A DNA stretch of 64,000 nucleotides from Candidatus Poribacteria bacterium (lineage in GTDB: Bacteria > Poribacteria > WGA-4E > WGA-3G), in NCBI GenBank assembly GCA_965197475.1, contig CBDANF010000003.1, positions 768,001 through 832,000 of the forward strand, read 5' to 3'. Positions 49,095 to 59,212 of this stretch are shown piece by piece (positions within the stretch are counted from its first letter, which is position 1; each line of letters starts with the position of its first letter). Below the pieces are notes generated by a model, which was not told the DNA's origin, did not search any database, and saw only the letters and a list, made by a program, of their open reading frames with translations. The translations under genes and the position numbers were made by a program.

Positions 49095-50261
49095 TTAGAA
49101 GGAGAATCCGATGCCAAAACGAAGAAGTTTCACTTCAGAATTTAAAGCTGAAGTTGTTATTGAGGCACTGAGCGGTCAAAGTTCACAAGCGGAACTGTGT
49201 CGCAAACATAACCTCAGCGATGTTCAACTCTCAAAGTGGAAACGCCAACTTCTTGAAAATGCGGCAACCCTCTTTGAACCTATTGATAAACAAACTCATG
49301 CGTCTCAACAGCGGATTGCTCAACTTAAACAACTCCTTGGCAGGTTGACCCTGTCATTGGACATCCAAAAAAAAGTCTCAACCTTGCTGGGTTGACCCCA
49401 GCTGAAAAACGAGGATTTGTAGAAACTTTGCGAACCGATTACTCTGTGCGACAGATTTGCGATACACTTGGTTTCAATAGAAGCAGTCTCTATTATCAAC
49501 CGAAAAAGGACCCTTGTGAAGAGGTGCTCCGACAGGAGATAGAAAAGTTAGCCGCATGTTATCCAAGATATGGTTATAGGCGTATCACAGAGTTGCTGCT
49601 GCGTATGGGATACACCGTCGGATATCGACGTGTCGCACGAGTAATGAAATCAGCTAATCTGTTGGTCGCTGTCAAACTACTAAATCCCTTGACTGTCCGT
49701 GTCAATGGGGCAACCAACTTGATAACCTTGACATTTGTCGGCGGAATCAGGTCTGGGTTGCGGATGTTACATATATCCGGCTCAAAGGACACTTCGTCTA
49801 TGTTTCAGTTCTAATGGATGTATTTACTCGAATGATAAGAGGTTGGCAACTGACTGAGCCGACATTTGACACAACCTCTGACATTGATACCATTGCAGCA
49901 GGCAGGACAGCAAAGTGTTCCAGAGATCCATCATAGTGATCAGGGAGTTCAGTATCTTTCAAGAAACTATATTTCCACTCTCACCGACTATGGGATTGAG
50001 ATTTCGTTAGCTCATAGAGGGTGTCCTTGGGAAAACGGTTATGCGGAACGGCTTATCCGAACTCTCAAGGAGGAAGAGGTCCACCTTAATGACTATGATG
50101 ATATAGCGGATGCTAATACTCGCATTGGGCATTTTATTGAACAAGTGTCCAACCAGAAACGACCTCACTCGGCATTAGGTTATTTGACACCTGTTGAATT
50201 TGAGCAAAAAAACTTGTCTTAACTTTACGAAATTCTGGTCTAAAAAATCGATGGCACTTCA
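49032..50261 (+). mobile_element. IS3-family element, degenerate orfB
   Basis: TIRs TGTACTGCCATCGGAAATTTAGGCCA / reverse complement TGAAGTGCCATCGATTTTTTAGACCA; orfA 49111-49395; orfB fragments YGYRRI, HHSDQGVQY, WENGYAER, RPHSALGY. Confidence 0.92.
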
Positions 50262-50429
50262 AATTTTTTGGTTCTACTATTTCTGACATAAAGGAGACTT
50301 GTTTGGATTTATTGGAAAAGCACGACTCAGATTTTGTTGAAGAACAACGTGCGGAGGAAACGACCACTAACACAGAAAGCGAGGAGTCTCCATAAATCAA
50401 ATACAGAAATCTTTAGTATGAGGCAAAAC

Positions 50430-51446
50430 ATGAAATTAGCAGTCCTTTCCTATAGCCATCACGGACGAAGCATGGCACGCACAGCGCAAGCACTCGGACA
50501 CGAAATCGTAGGTGTCATGGATGCAGAGCATTCACCACGCGAACAGTTGGCAAATGACTTTCAATCTCCAGCATTTGATTCTGCAGGCAACTGTCTGGAT
50601 GCAACCAAACCGGACGCAGCACTTGTCGCAGGAAAACATACTGAGATACCATCTCACGTTCAGGCATGTGTAGACAGACGCATCCCTTATCTTTTGGATA
50701 AACCTTTTGCTGATTGTGCTGACCGTCTGCGTCCCGCTGCAGAGGCATCCGAAAAGCATGGCGTATTCAGCGCGCTTGTGCTGCCAAACCGAGCAAGCAA
50801 AATTGTGAGTGTCGTTAAAACAATGGTTGAAGATGGTAGCTTGGGTGACCTTGTGTTATACAACAGCAGATTAAACAACGGGCCGCCATCTCGCTACGAT
50901 CCCACACCATCCTATTGGCACAACGATCCGAGTATATCTGGCGGTGGAAGTTGGGCAGTTGAGGCTGCGCACGGTATTGATACATTCCTTCAATTTGTCG
51001 GAGATCAGGAGATTACAGTTGTTGGCGCGGTGATGTCCAATGCAATGTATAGTCGGAGTGTGGAGGATAGCGGCATCGGTGTGCTAAGGACAGAAAACGG
51101 TATCACAGGAATTATTGAGTCGGGTTATACCTATCCATCAGGCAAACGTGGTGGCGATCACTTCTTCCGATTTATTGGCACAAAAGCATCGGTATTTGAG
51201 CAGTATGGCACGAATGACGAACCGCTAATTGAAGTTCACACAACTGAAGGCGTGCAGTTCAATGAGGACATTCCGCACGGTGCGAGAATACGAGGTATTA
51301 TGGGCAAAGCGTTTGATGCAATTCGTGAGGGTGGTACTTTTGAGCCATCGGTAGTTGATGCGGTGCGGATACTTGAAGTTCAGGATGCGGTTTATGCACA
51401 TGCGCGTCAAAGCGTGACGACCCACGGTCCGCATCCAATGGGGTAA
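50430..51446 (+). CDS. Gfo/Idh/MocA oxidoreductase
   Basis: LLDKPF, SGGGSWAVEAAHGID. Confidence 0.85.
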   Translation: MKLAVLSYSHHGRSMARTAQALGHEIVGVMDAEHSPREQLANDFQSPAFDSAGNCLDATKPDAALVAGKHTEIPSHVQACVDRRIPYLLDKPFADCADRLRPAAEASEKHGVFSALVLPNRASKIVSVVKTMVEDGSLGDLVLYNSRLNNGPPSRYDPTPSYWHNDPSISGGGSWAVEAAHGIDTFLQFVGDQEITVVGAVMSNAMYSRSVEDSGIGVLRTENGITGIIESGYTYPSGKRGGDHFFRFIGTKASVFEQYGTNDEPLIEVHTTEGVQFNEDIPHGARIRGIMGKAFDAIREGGTFEPSVVDAVRILEVQDAVYAHARQSVTTHGPHPMG

Positions 51447-51486
51447 AACGATATAATTTTCATTCAACAGACAAAAGGAGTAAAAT

Positions 51487-52449
51487 ATGCCGAATTCCCA
51501 TGATACAGATTTGGAAGAAATCCTCCCACCAGATTCCGAACTTGAGGAAGTGTTCAGTGACGCACATTTCACGGAAGGGCCAACCGTCGCGCCAGATGGC
51601 ACAGTCTATTTCAGTGATATTACCTTCACACATCAAACCGATATGCAAGCCGGGCATATTATGCGATATGATCCAGAGACAGGGGACACCTCTGTTTTTC
51701 GATCTCCAAGTGGAATGTCAAACGGCATGAAGTTTGATGCACAAGGACGTTTGGTTATCGCTGAAGGTGCAGATTTTGGTGGTCGCAGGATTACCCGAAC
51801 TGACATGGAAACAGGTAAAAGCGACATCATCGCCGGACTATATGAAGGAAAGCCGTTCAATTCACCTAACGACCTCACGATTGATGAAAAGGGAAGAATC
51901 TATTTTACCGATCCGCGCTATGTTGGACATGAGCCGGTTGAACAACCTGTCATGGGTGTTTATAAGATTGATACGGATGGCTCTGTCCATCTCGTCATCG
52001 CAGATTCCGGCAAACCGAACGGGATAGCAGTCTCACCGGACCAGAAAACGCTATATGTTGGTAGCAACGACAGCGGGGCATTTAGGGATATGCCTGATGA
52101 ATTGCCAACCTACATGGGGCGGATGGTACTCCTTGCTTACGATCTGGCATCTGATGGCACAGCAACTTTCCGTGAAACACTTGTTGACTATGCCCCAGAA
52201 CACGGTCCCGACGGGTTTGAAGTTGATGTTGAAGGTAATCTCTACGTTGCAGTTCGCGATAAAACTCGATTCGGTGTGTGCGTTTATGCTCCCGATGGAA
52301 AGGAATTGGTGTATATCAGGACACCCGAACTACCGACTAACGTGGCTTTTGGACGTGGTGCTCAGAGTAAGATACTCTATATCACTGCAGGAGGAGAACT
52401 CTATAGAATTCGGGTTGGGAAAGATGGGTATCACCTTCCGCAGAAGTAG
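51487..52449 (+). CDS. SMP-30/gluconolactonase family protein
   Basis: FTEGP, SNG, FNSPND, PNG, PDG. Confidence 0.93.
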   Translation: MPNSHDTDLEEILPPDSELEEVFSDAHFTEGPTVAPDGTVYFSDITFTHQTDMQAGHIMRYDPETGDTSVFRSPSGMSNGMKFDAQGRLVIAEGADFGGRRITRTDMETGKSDIIAGLYEGKPFNSPNDLTIDEKGRIYFTDPRYVGHEPVEQPVMGVYKIDTDGSVHLVIADSGKPNGIAVSPDQKTLYVGSNDSGAFRDMPDELPTYMGRMVLLAYDLASDGTATFRETLVDYAPEHGPDGFEVDVEGNLYVAVRDKTRFGVCVYAPDGKELVYIRTPELPTNVAFGRGAQSKILYITAGGELYRIRVGKDGYHLPQK

Positions 52450-52462
52450 CATCTTCCTTTGG

Positions 52463-53863
52463 TCAAATGTCGGGATGAAGATTATGCCATGACGTTGCAC
52501 TTTTATAAGCGTGACCGACTTGACATAACAACTGCTCACTCAAATGTTTGCCAACAAACTGAATGCTCAACGGTAATCCTTCACTGTTCATGCCGCATGG
52601 TACAGATAGCGTTGGGGCACCGTTGAAGTCAAACGGGGCAGTGAATCGTTGAAACCTTGCAGGTCTGGTCTCTTTCGGTCCGTATAACAACTCTGGCGTG
52701 ACAACGTGCGGCGGTGCAGACATTGATGGACATACTAACACATCAATATCTTGGAACACCCACCTGAGATGTCCTGTGCAGGCGGCTCTCAAGTTGTTCG
52801 CTTCGGCATATTTAGTACCTGTCACCTCTGCTCCCATATCAAGCCACCCTTGGAACCAAGGACCGTAGGCATCCCGTTGAGAAGGATAGGTAGCTGCATG
52901 CGCTGCCACCGCTTCTGCTGAACAGATCGTTGGCCATACCAAGACATACGGATCCATGTCCGGCAATTGCACATCAACGATTTCAGCACCCAATTCCGCT
53001 AATAATTCTACGCCTGAACACACCGCTTCCGCAAGTTCAGTGTCAACGTCTTTCGTAGCATAATTTTCGTCAAATCCGACTCGGATACCTTTGATACCCC
53101 GATCAATTCCTTTGAGCATAGCAGGCTCAGGATCAGGCAGAGAAGTCGGGTCATTCGGGTCAAAGCCAGCGATTGCTTCAAGCATAATCCCCGCATCCGC
53201 AACACTTCGGGTCATAGGTCCAACATGATCCATAGATTCAGCAAGCGCAAGCACACCGTAACGACTAACTCTACCCCATGTCGGTTTTATTCCAACGATA
53301 CCGCACGCAGCGGAGGGAAAACGAATTGAACCGCCTGTGTCACTACCAATTGAGCCTGAACATAATCCTGCAGCTGTTGCAACACCAGAACCGCTTGAAG
53401 ATGAACCTGTCCATTGGTCAGGGTTCCACGGGTTTATCGGAATGTCGAATTCTGGATGGTAGCCGCCCATTGCCCCTTCTGTCAAGTTTAGTTTACCAAG
53501 TAGCACTGCGCCCGCAGATTCAAGTCTTTGCACAACTGTGCTGTCGAACTCAGGGACGTGATTCCCTAGTACCTTTGCCCCGCCCATCGTGCGGACACCT
53601 TCAGTAAAACAGAGATCCTTTACTGCAATCGGAACGCCGTGAAGAGGCCCGCGATAGTTGCCTGCTGAAATTTCCTGTTCAGCTTTGTGTGCCGCTGCCA
53701 TTGCGTGGTCTGCCATTACTGTAGCATAACTCTTCAATCGGTCATCAAGCTGTTCAATCCGCTGCAACATAACGGTTGTCAGTTCAACTGGCGACAACTG
53801 TTTAGAAGCTAATAACTCGCCAATTTCTGTAATTGTCTTGAAGTGGAGTAGGGTTTCTGACAT
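52463..53863 (-). CDS. Amidase (amidase signature family)
   Basis: AVKDL, GSSSSGS, GSDTGGSIRFPS. Confidence 0.95.
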   Translation of the reverse strand: MSETLLHFKTITEIGELLASKQLSPVELTTVMLQRIEQLDDRLKSYATVMADHAMAAAHKAEQEISAGNYRGPLHGVPIAVKDLCFTEGVRTMGGAKVLGNHVPEFDSTVVQRLESAGAVLLGKLNLTEGAMGGYHPEFDIPINPWNPDQWTGSSSSGSGVATAAGLCSGSIGSDTGGSIRFPSAACGIVGIKPTWGRVSRYGVLALAESMDHVGPMTRSVADAGIMLEAIAGFDPNDPTSLPDPEPAMLKGIDRGIKGIRVGFDENYATKDVDTELAEAVCSGVELLAELGAEIVDVQLPDMDPYVLVWPTICSAEAVAAHAATYPSQRDAYGPWFQGWLDMGAEVTGTKYAEANNLRAACTGHLRWVFQDIDVLVCPSMSAPPHVVTPELLYGPKETRPARFQRFTAPFDFNGAPTLSVPCGMNSEGLPLSIQFVGKHLSEQLLCQVGHAYKSATSWHNLHPDI

Positions 53864-53885
53864 GTCCAGTATCCTCTATTCTCAA

Positions 53886-54743
53886 TTAAGCGTTTGGTCG
53901 GCTGCGCCCTAAGAGACTCAACAACCGATCACTTGAATCTTGGAGCGCATCTTCTGGTACAGGCACTCCATTACACAAACTAAACCGCCAGTATGCCCAA
54001 TATGCCGCATACTGAGATTGTAAAATATAACGTGTTTTGTCCGACCAGTTCGGTGCACCGCGATGCCAACACTGTGGATCTTGTAAGTAAATATCACCCG
54101 CTTTGCAAAAAATAGAGACCGGTTTATTACCTTCAAATTCGGGATTTTCCTGATCATTCGGATGTCTACCAGAATAGTGGCTGCCGGGGACATATTGTGT
54201 TGGTCCTTCCTCAATTGTATCAATATCGTTCAGTGCCATCTGAACAGTAAACCACATTACAGGCATCCGCAAGCGGGGATCGTGGCGCGGCATCTCATCG
54301 GTAACCGGGAAGTGCACCGAACCGTCTACATGCCAACTGCTAATAGAAAGTCCAGGTAGATTTCGGAGTGCATTCTGACCACAAAACTTGCAATCCTTAC
54401 CGACTATTGCCTCAGCCAAACTCAGAATAGGTTCGCGAAGCAGCATATCCCGAAAGATGGAATCCAATTCAATTGTGTTTCGTAAAATGAAAGGTAACGT
54501 CACCCCGGATTCTGCGTGTGCACCCATCTGGATATATCGGACATCTGCAAGATTCGGATTTGTTTTCTCAGCAAGTTCTGAGTCCGCGAAAAGCGCATCC
54601 GTTTTGTCTCGTAGCGCAGTAACCTCCTCTTCAGTCAGCACACCCGGAATATGAACGAACCCATCTCTGAAAAACTGTTGGACAATCTGCGTTGTTTTCT
54701 CTTCACTAAAAGGTTCACCACCAAGGATTGGACTGTTTGTCAT
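53886..54743 (-). CDS. PhyH family dioxygenase
   Basis: FFRDGF, WHVD, VPGSH, CWHRG. Confidence 0.9.
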   Translation of the reverse strand: MTNSPILGGEPFSEEKTTQIVQQFFRDGFVHIPGVLTEEEVTALRDKTDALFADSELAEKTNPNLADVRYIQMGAHAESGVTLPFILRNTIELDSIFRDMLLREPILSLAEAIVGKDCKFCGQNALRNLPGLSISSWHVDGSVHFPVTDEMPRHDPRLRMPVMWFTVQMALNDIDTIEEGPTQYVPGSHYSGRHPNDQENPEFEGNKPVSIFCKAGDIYLQDPQCWHRGAPNWSDKTRYILQSQYAAYWAYWRFSLCNGVPVPEDALQDSSDRLLSLLGRSRPNA

Positions 54744-54806
54744 TTCTTATCTCCTACTAAATTGAATGAAGTTTGTCATTTAAGTTTCGTTACGCCAAAC
54801 AAGACT

Positions 54807-56264
54807 TCAATCCAAATAATCCATTTCTGGTAACAGATTCCATCGGTATTGGTCATCAGGTTGCGTGCTGCGTGCCCACCTACCGAGAACTTGAGTATCG
54901 GCACGTTTAGCTTTCATCTGGGCAGCAATCTGATCAGGGTCCCATCTGTCCAAAACCTTTTCGGTTAACTCCATCAAGATGTCCTTGCATACCGGGTCAT
55001 TTGATCGGTCATATAATTCATTTGGGTCTTCCTTCAAGTTAAACAGCTGGGTCGGCTGCCCGTGATAATAATTCAACTTCCAATCTCCATAACGAATCAT
55101 CCGATGATAACAGCCCTCGTCGGTACAATATTCAGAGAATGCTATTTCTTCCCACTCTACATCTTCGTCGTGGAAAAGCGGCAGGACATTTCTCCCGCGA
55201 GAATTCGGTAAAGGCGGAGCACCAAGGGCATCAAGCATAGTCGCATTCAAATCAAGTGAACTGATAACACGATCACATCGGACACCTGCGGGCAAACTGT
55301 CACCCCAAGATAAAATCGCCGGAACTTTCACAGAGTGTTCATAAAATGTCTGTTTCCACCAAAGCCCATGCTCACCAACCTGTTCGCCGTGATCAGAACT
55401 ATAAAGTATAATCGTGTTCTGATCCAATTCGTTTTCTCTGAGTGCTGTCAGGATTTGTCCTATCATTATATCCATGCGTGTAACCAACGCCCAATATGCC
55501 GTCCGTGCGCGAAGAATCTCATCGTCCGACACCTCAATTATGCCGCACTTTTCGCGCCACCAGCGAAAGTAGGGATGCAATTTCTCTGAAAAGGGTTCGG
55601 GGTTTTGAGGCATCGTCATCCGTCCTTCATAAAGTTGATAATCCTCCTGACGAGCGACAAAAGGCTGGTGCGGCAACATAAACCCAACCGAAATTGAAAA
55701 TGGTGCATCAAGCAGCCCTGCTCTCTTCTGAACACCAAGCCGATTGAGGTAATCAACGGTTGCAGCTGTTACATCTTCGTCGTGAACCTGATACGCACTC
55801 TGTCCTGCTCCTGATTTTTGTAGACTTACACGTGCCGGTCCCGCTGTCCCAGATAGTTCACCGTGGTTGACACCGCGTCCACCTGGATGGTTCGGTCCGT
55901 GGTCACCAACGAGACGTTCGGTATACCCGTGCATCTGATCCGGTCCCAAAGCATGCATTCGTCCGATGAGAACAGGTTCATACCCAGCAGCACCCATCGC
56001 ATGCGCAAAAGTCGGAATCCCAGAATCAAGAATATGACTGTTTGTCCACACTTTATTTTCGTATGGAAATCGTCCGCTCAACATTGGCATACGGGAAGGA
56101 ACACAGATCGGTGACGGACAGTAGGTATTTTCAAATACAATCCCTTCTGCAGCGAGTTTGTCAAGGTTAGGGGTTTGCACCAATTCGTCGCCATAACACC
56201 CAGTAACATAAGGATTATGTTGATCAGAGTGTATATATAGCAAATTGGGACGCTGAGTGTGCAT
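54807..56264 (-). CDS. Sulfatase (choline-sulfatase-like)
   Basis: SDQH, CVPSR, SDHGE, WWKQTFYE. Confidence 0.93.
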   Translation of the reverse strand: MHTQRPNLLYIHSDQHNPYVTGCYGDELVQTPNLDKLAAEGIVFENTYCPSPICVPSRMPMLSGRFPYENKVWTNSHILDSGIPTFAHAMGAAGYEPVLIGRMHALGPDQMHGYTERLVGDHGPNHPGGRGVNHGELSGTAGPARVSLQKSGAGQSAYQVHDEDVTAATVDYLNRLGVQKRAGLLDAPFSISVGFMLPHQPFVARQEDYQLYEGRMTMPQNPEPFSEKLHPYFRWWREKCGIIEVSDDEILRARTAYWALVTRMDIMIGQILTALRENELDQNTIILYSSDHGEQVGEHGLWWKQTFYEHSVKVPAILSWGDSLPAGVRCDRVISSLDLNATMLDALGAPPLPNSRGRNVLPLFHDEDVEWEEIAFSEYCTDEGCYHRMIRYGDWKLNYYHGQPTQLFNLKEDPNELYDRSNDPVCKDILMELTEKVLDRWDPDQIAAQMKAKRADTQVLGRWARSTQPDDQYRWNLLPEMDYLD

Positions 56265-56350
56265 TCTTTCTCCTCGTAAACGATGTTGGTTTCATTATAC
56301 ATAGCATTAGATTATCGTCAAGGAAAATCTATCGTTTATACCTTTTCTGT

Positions 56351-56380
56351 TTGACACGGTAATGCTGGGTGTAGTACAAT
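56351..56380 (+). promoter_or_regulatory. Sigma70-type promoter
   Basis: TTGACA-18 bp-TACAAT. Confidence 0.55.
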
Positions 56381-56485
56381 AATGAAAAATCCTACAATTT
56401 CTCCTTAGCTTACGGATATCACGATTTAGGTCTCTGACTGCATGCCGTACCTGATAAATTTCTTATGAACTTTAGGTGAAAAAAA

Positions 56486-56952
56486 ATGGTCCAAAAGATT
56501 GAGGAACGGGATGGGTATATGTTGCTCTACTTTGATGATCCGCCCAAAAATGTAGGTCAATTCAAGTTCGTCAATTGTCTTGCCTATCAACAAAATCAGA
56601 TCCTCTTTTGCAAATGGCGTGATGAGGACATTTGGGTCTTACCCGGTGGACGCATTGAATCCGAAGAAACGACTGAAGAAGCGTTACACCGTGAACTCAT
56701 GGAAGAGACAGGTGCAACGTTGAAAAATTTCGAAGTATTGTCCATCTACACTGCTTTATGTTCAATCTCGAATATTGGGGAATTGCTTTTTTAGGAGAGA
56801 TCGAAAAGTTAGGTAGTCCTTTGGATCTTAACGAAGTCAGCGATGCAAAACTGTTCTCACACTTCCCAGAAAACCGATCCAAACCTGGACCTTTTGAGAA
56901 TCAAAGCAAAGCATTATACCTTGTTGCAATGCGTAAGTTATCAATCAATTGA
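56486..56952 (+). pseudogene. NUDIX hydrolase with 1-nt frameshift near 56742
   Basis: Nudix box PGGRIESEETTEEALHRELMEETG; continuation HLHCFMFNLEYWG in another frame. Confidence 0.8.
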
Positions 56953-57012
56953 CGATAACAAAGTGTGAAGAATGACTCGAAAACTTACGACTAACACATA
57001 TTTGGAAATAAA

Positions 57013-57840
57013 ATGGCATTTCAATTTCAAGACTATATGGTCAACGAATATCTCTCGCAAGGTTACCTGATTTTTCGAGAGATTGTGCCTGCATCGCTAC
57101 TTACCGATTTACGCCGGGAAGCAGAAAAAGCACGTCTCTTGGCACACAAGCTCAATGGTCCGCAGACACAGCGGATTCAGCCATTGTCTAACTATGGCGA
57201 TGATTTAGATTTGAAACCGTTTTATGAATACACAGAGCTACCAGAACTTCAAGATGCTATTCAGAAATTGCTTGGCGATGACTACACGCATGGACATGTT
57301 GACATTATGGGATTGCTCGTTGAACCGATTGAGCATCCTTGGCATATCGGTTGGCATCGTGATGGTGTAGTTGAAGTACCACCTGAAGCACGTGATGAAA
57401 TTGTCAATGCAAAGTTAGCAGAAGTGTGGCACGATCTTCGCCATTTCAATCAGGTGAACTGTGCGATATATGCAGATTCCCGCACATGGTTTGTTCCCGG
57501 TAGCCATCTTCGGCAGTGGGATATGCCCGGTGAAGAACAGTCAACTGGCAATCCGGCATTGCGCAAACCTTCAGATGGACAATCCAATGTTGAAGCAGAA
57601 CGTTTTAACTTAGAACATTGCCGACAGTTTCCTGGCGCGATTCAAGTGCATTTAGGACCAGGTGATTTTATGATTTATCGAAATCTCGCATGGCACACCG
57701 GCAACTATATTCCCTATCAACCGCGCGCTACAATCCACGACGTTGTTCGGTATGAAGGCAAAAAAGATTGGACGAATTGGCAGCAGACGAAATTAGATGC
57801 TGTTAAACGTTGGAAAGAGGATGAACAGAACCATAATTAA
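57013..57840 (+). CDS. PhyH family dioxygenase
   Basis: YLSQGYLIF, WHRD, VPGSH, GDFMIY...WH. Confidence 0.9.
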   Translation: MAFQFQDYMVNEYLSQGYLIFREIVPASLLTDLRREAEKARLLAHKLNGPQTQRIQPLSNYGDDLDLKPFYEYTELPELQDAIQKLLGDDYTHGHVDIMGLLVEPIEHPWHIGWHRDGVVEVPPEARDEIVNAKLAEVWHDLRHFNQVNCAIYADSRTWFVPGSHLRQWDMPGEEQSTGNPALRKPSDGQSNVEAERFNLEHCRQFPGAIQVHLGPGDFMIYRNLAWHTGNYIPYQPRATIHDVVRYEGKKDWTNWQQTKLDAVKRWKEDEQNHN

Positions 57841-57878
57841 GTTTACACAGAAACAATCAACAAAGGAGACTGAATGTA

Positions 57879-57979
57879 ATGGCTATCGGCATTTTGAACT
57901 CGGTATCATATTATTTGTTGGATTATTTTTTGTTGGTGCGATACTTGCAGTAATAGTACTTACCAGATCAAAACAGTAA
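57879..57979 (+). pseudogene. Small single-TM membrane protein, apparent frameshift in a T-run
   Basis: AAGGAG RBS; one extra T at 57892-57895 gives MAIGIFELGIILFVGLFFVGAILAVIVLTRSKQ. Confidence 0.45.
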
Positions 57980-58064
57980 CTGAGGATTTACATAAAATTG
58001 CGTTAGTTTGTTTTGAAATCATTAAAAATATAAATGAGTGATACGTTCTCAGGAGAATAGAAAG

Positions 58065-58898
58065 ATGGAGCAGAAATTTACAATAGAACCACCTGGTGAA
58101 GTAATAGATCACCCTTTTCCACCGACCCGTCCCGATATCAAGATAGTTGAAAGTTCAGAACGCATAACAGAAGTAGATTGTCAAGAACTACAGTGGTGGC
58201 TTGCTATCCCCAAGATGGGTGAACGTTATATGTGGGCAGAATACGATGGCGAAACACAGAAGTTAGATGCTGTAACAGAGATGATTCCCACTGCGCCCGC
58301 TATTATTCGGGACACGGAGTGTGTTGAAATCCAATTCAATGAATGGCTCGCGAACGACTGGCCTGCCTCTCCAAATTTGATGTACGCAACCATTGATGAA
58401 ACACACACAAGGTGGCTATCGGTTGTAATGACCATTGATGGCAAACGGATTTTCAATACTATCGGGGACGAATGGTTTGAAGACCAATGGGGACCAGATG
58501 CCAAACGCCGCATTGTTGATGATGGACGTTACGAACTACAACCCGACGGCTCCTACAAACTTACTGATGGGCAAGGGTTTGGCGCAGGCACGTATGATGT
58601 AACGATAGGCGAAAACACCTTCCACTGTCTCCGTGTTTTAGATGTTGATATTACCAAAGAGCATGGTGGAGAACTTGCTGAGGCTTATATTGAAGAAGGC
58701 GGACGCACAGTCTTCTTTAGGCGTTATGATGGCCGATATCTCCGTGGTGATTTGGTTAAAAAGTTTCCTAACAATCGTCGTATTGTAATAAATGATGTCA
58801 TTTATGTCCATAGCAATTGCACCGGTTGGTTTCACGATACATTTACATTGGCATCTCTTGGTCAAACTGCAAACTCAGCAGATGAAGACATGAAGTGA
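58065..58898 (+). CDS. Conserved hypothetical protein
   Basis: AGGAG upstream; long Trp-rich ORF. Confidence 0.75.
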   Translation: MEQKFTIEPPGEVIDHPFPPTRPDIKIVESSERITEVDCQELQWWLAIPKMGERYMWAEYDGETQKLDAVTEMIPTAPAIIRDTECVEIQFNEWLANDWPASPNLMYATIDETHTRWLSVVMTIDGKRIFNTIGDEWFEDQWGPDAKRRIVDDGRYELQPDGSYKLTDGQGFGAGTYDVTIGENTFHCLRVLDVDITKEHGGELAEAYIEEGGRTVFFRRYDGRYLRGDLVKKFPNNRRIVINDVIYVHSNCTGWFHDTFTLASLGQTANSADEDMK

Positions 58899-59212
58899 CA
58901 ACCAAAAACGCCATTTACTATCTTTTTTCAATGAGATGTCTCTATTCTAAAACGTATAGATAATCTTTGTAGGCAAGAAATGCCATAAACGCATTCTTCA
59001 TTGATTTGCAATTTGTTGGGGTGCTTTGTATGAATGCTTTCAATCGTGTTTAAGAATTACAAGCCTTATACCATTTCTAATAAATTATCTTTCATTAGGG
59101 ATTTGTCCGTGGAAGAAACCCCCTTATCAGGGGGACTTTTAAAGAATAGTCGTTATGTAAGTTTTTCAAATAGAAATGGTATTACTATGCCAATTCTCAA
59201 GGAGGTCTTCCG

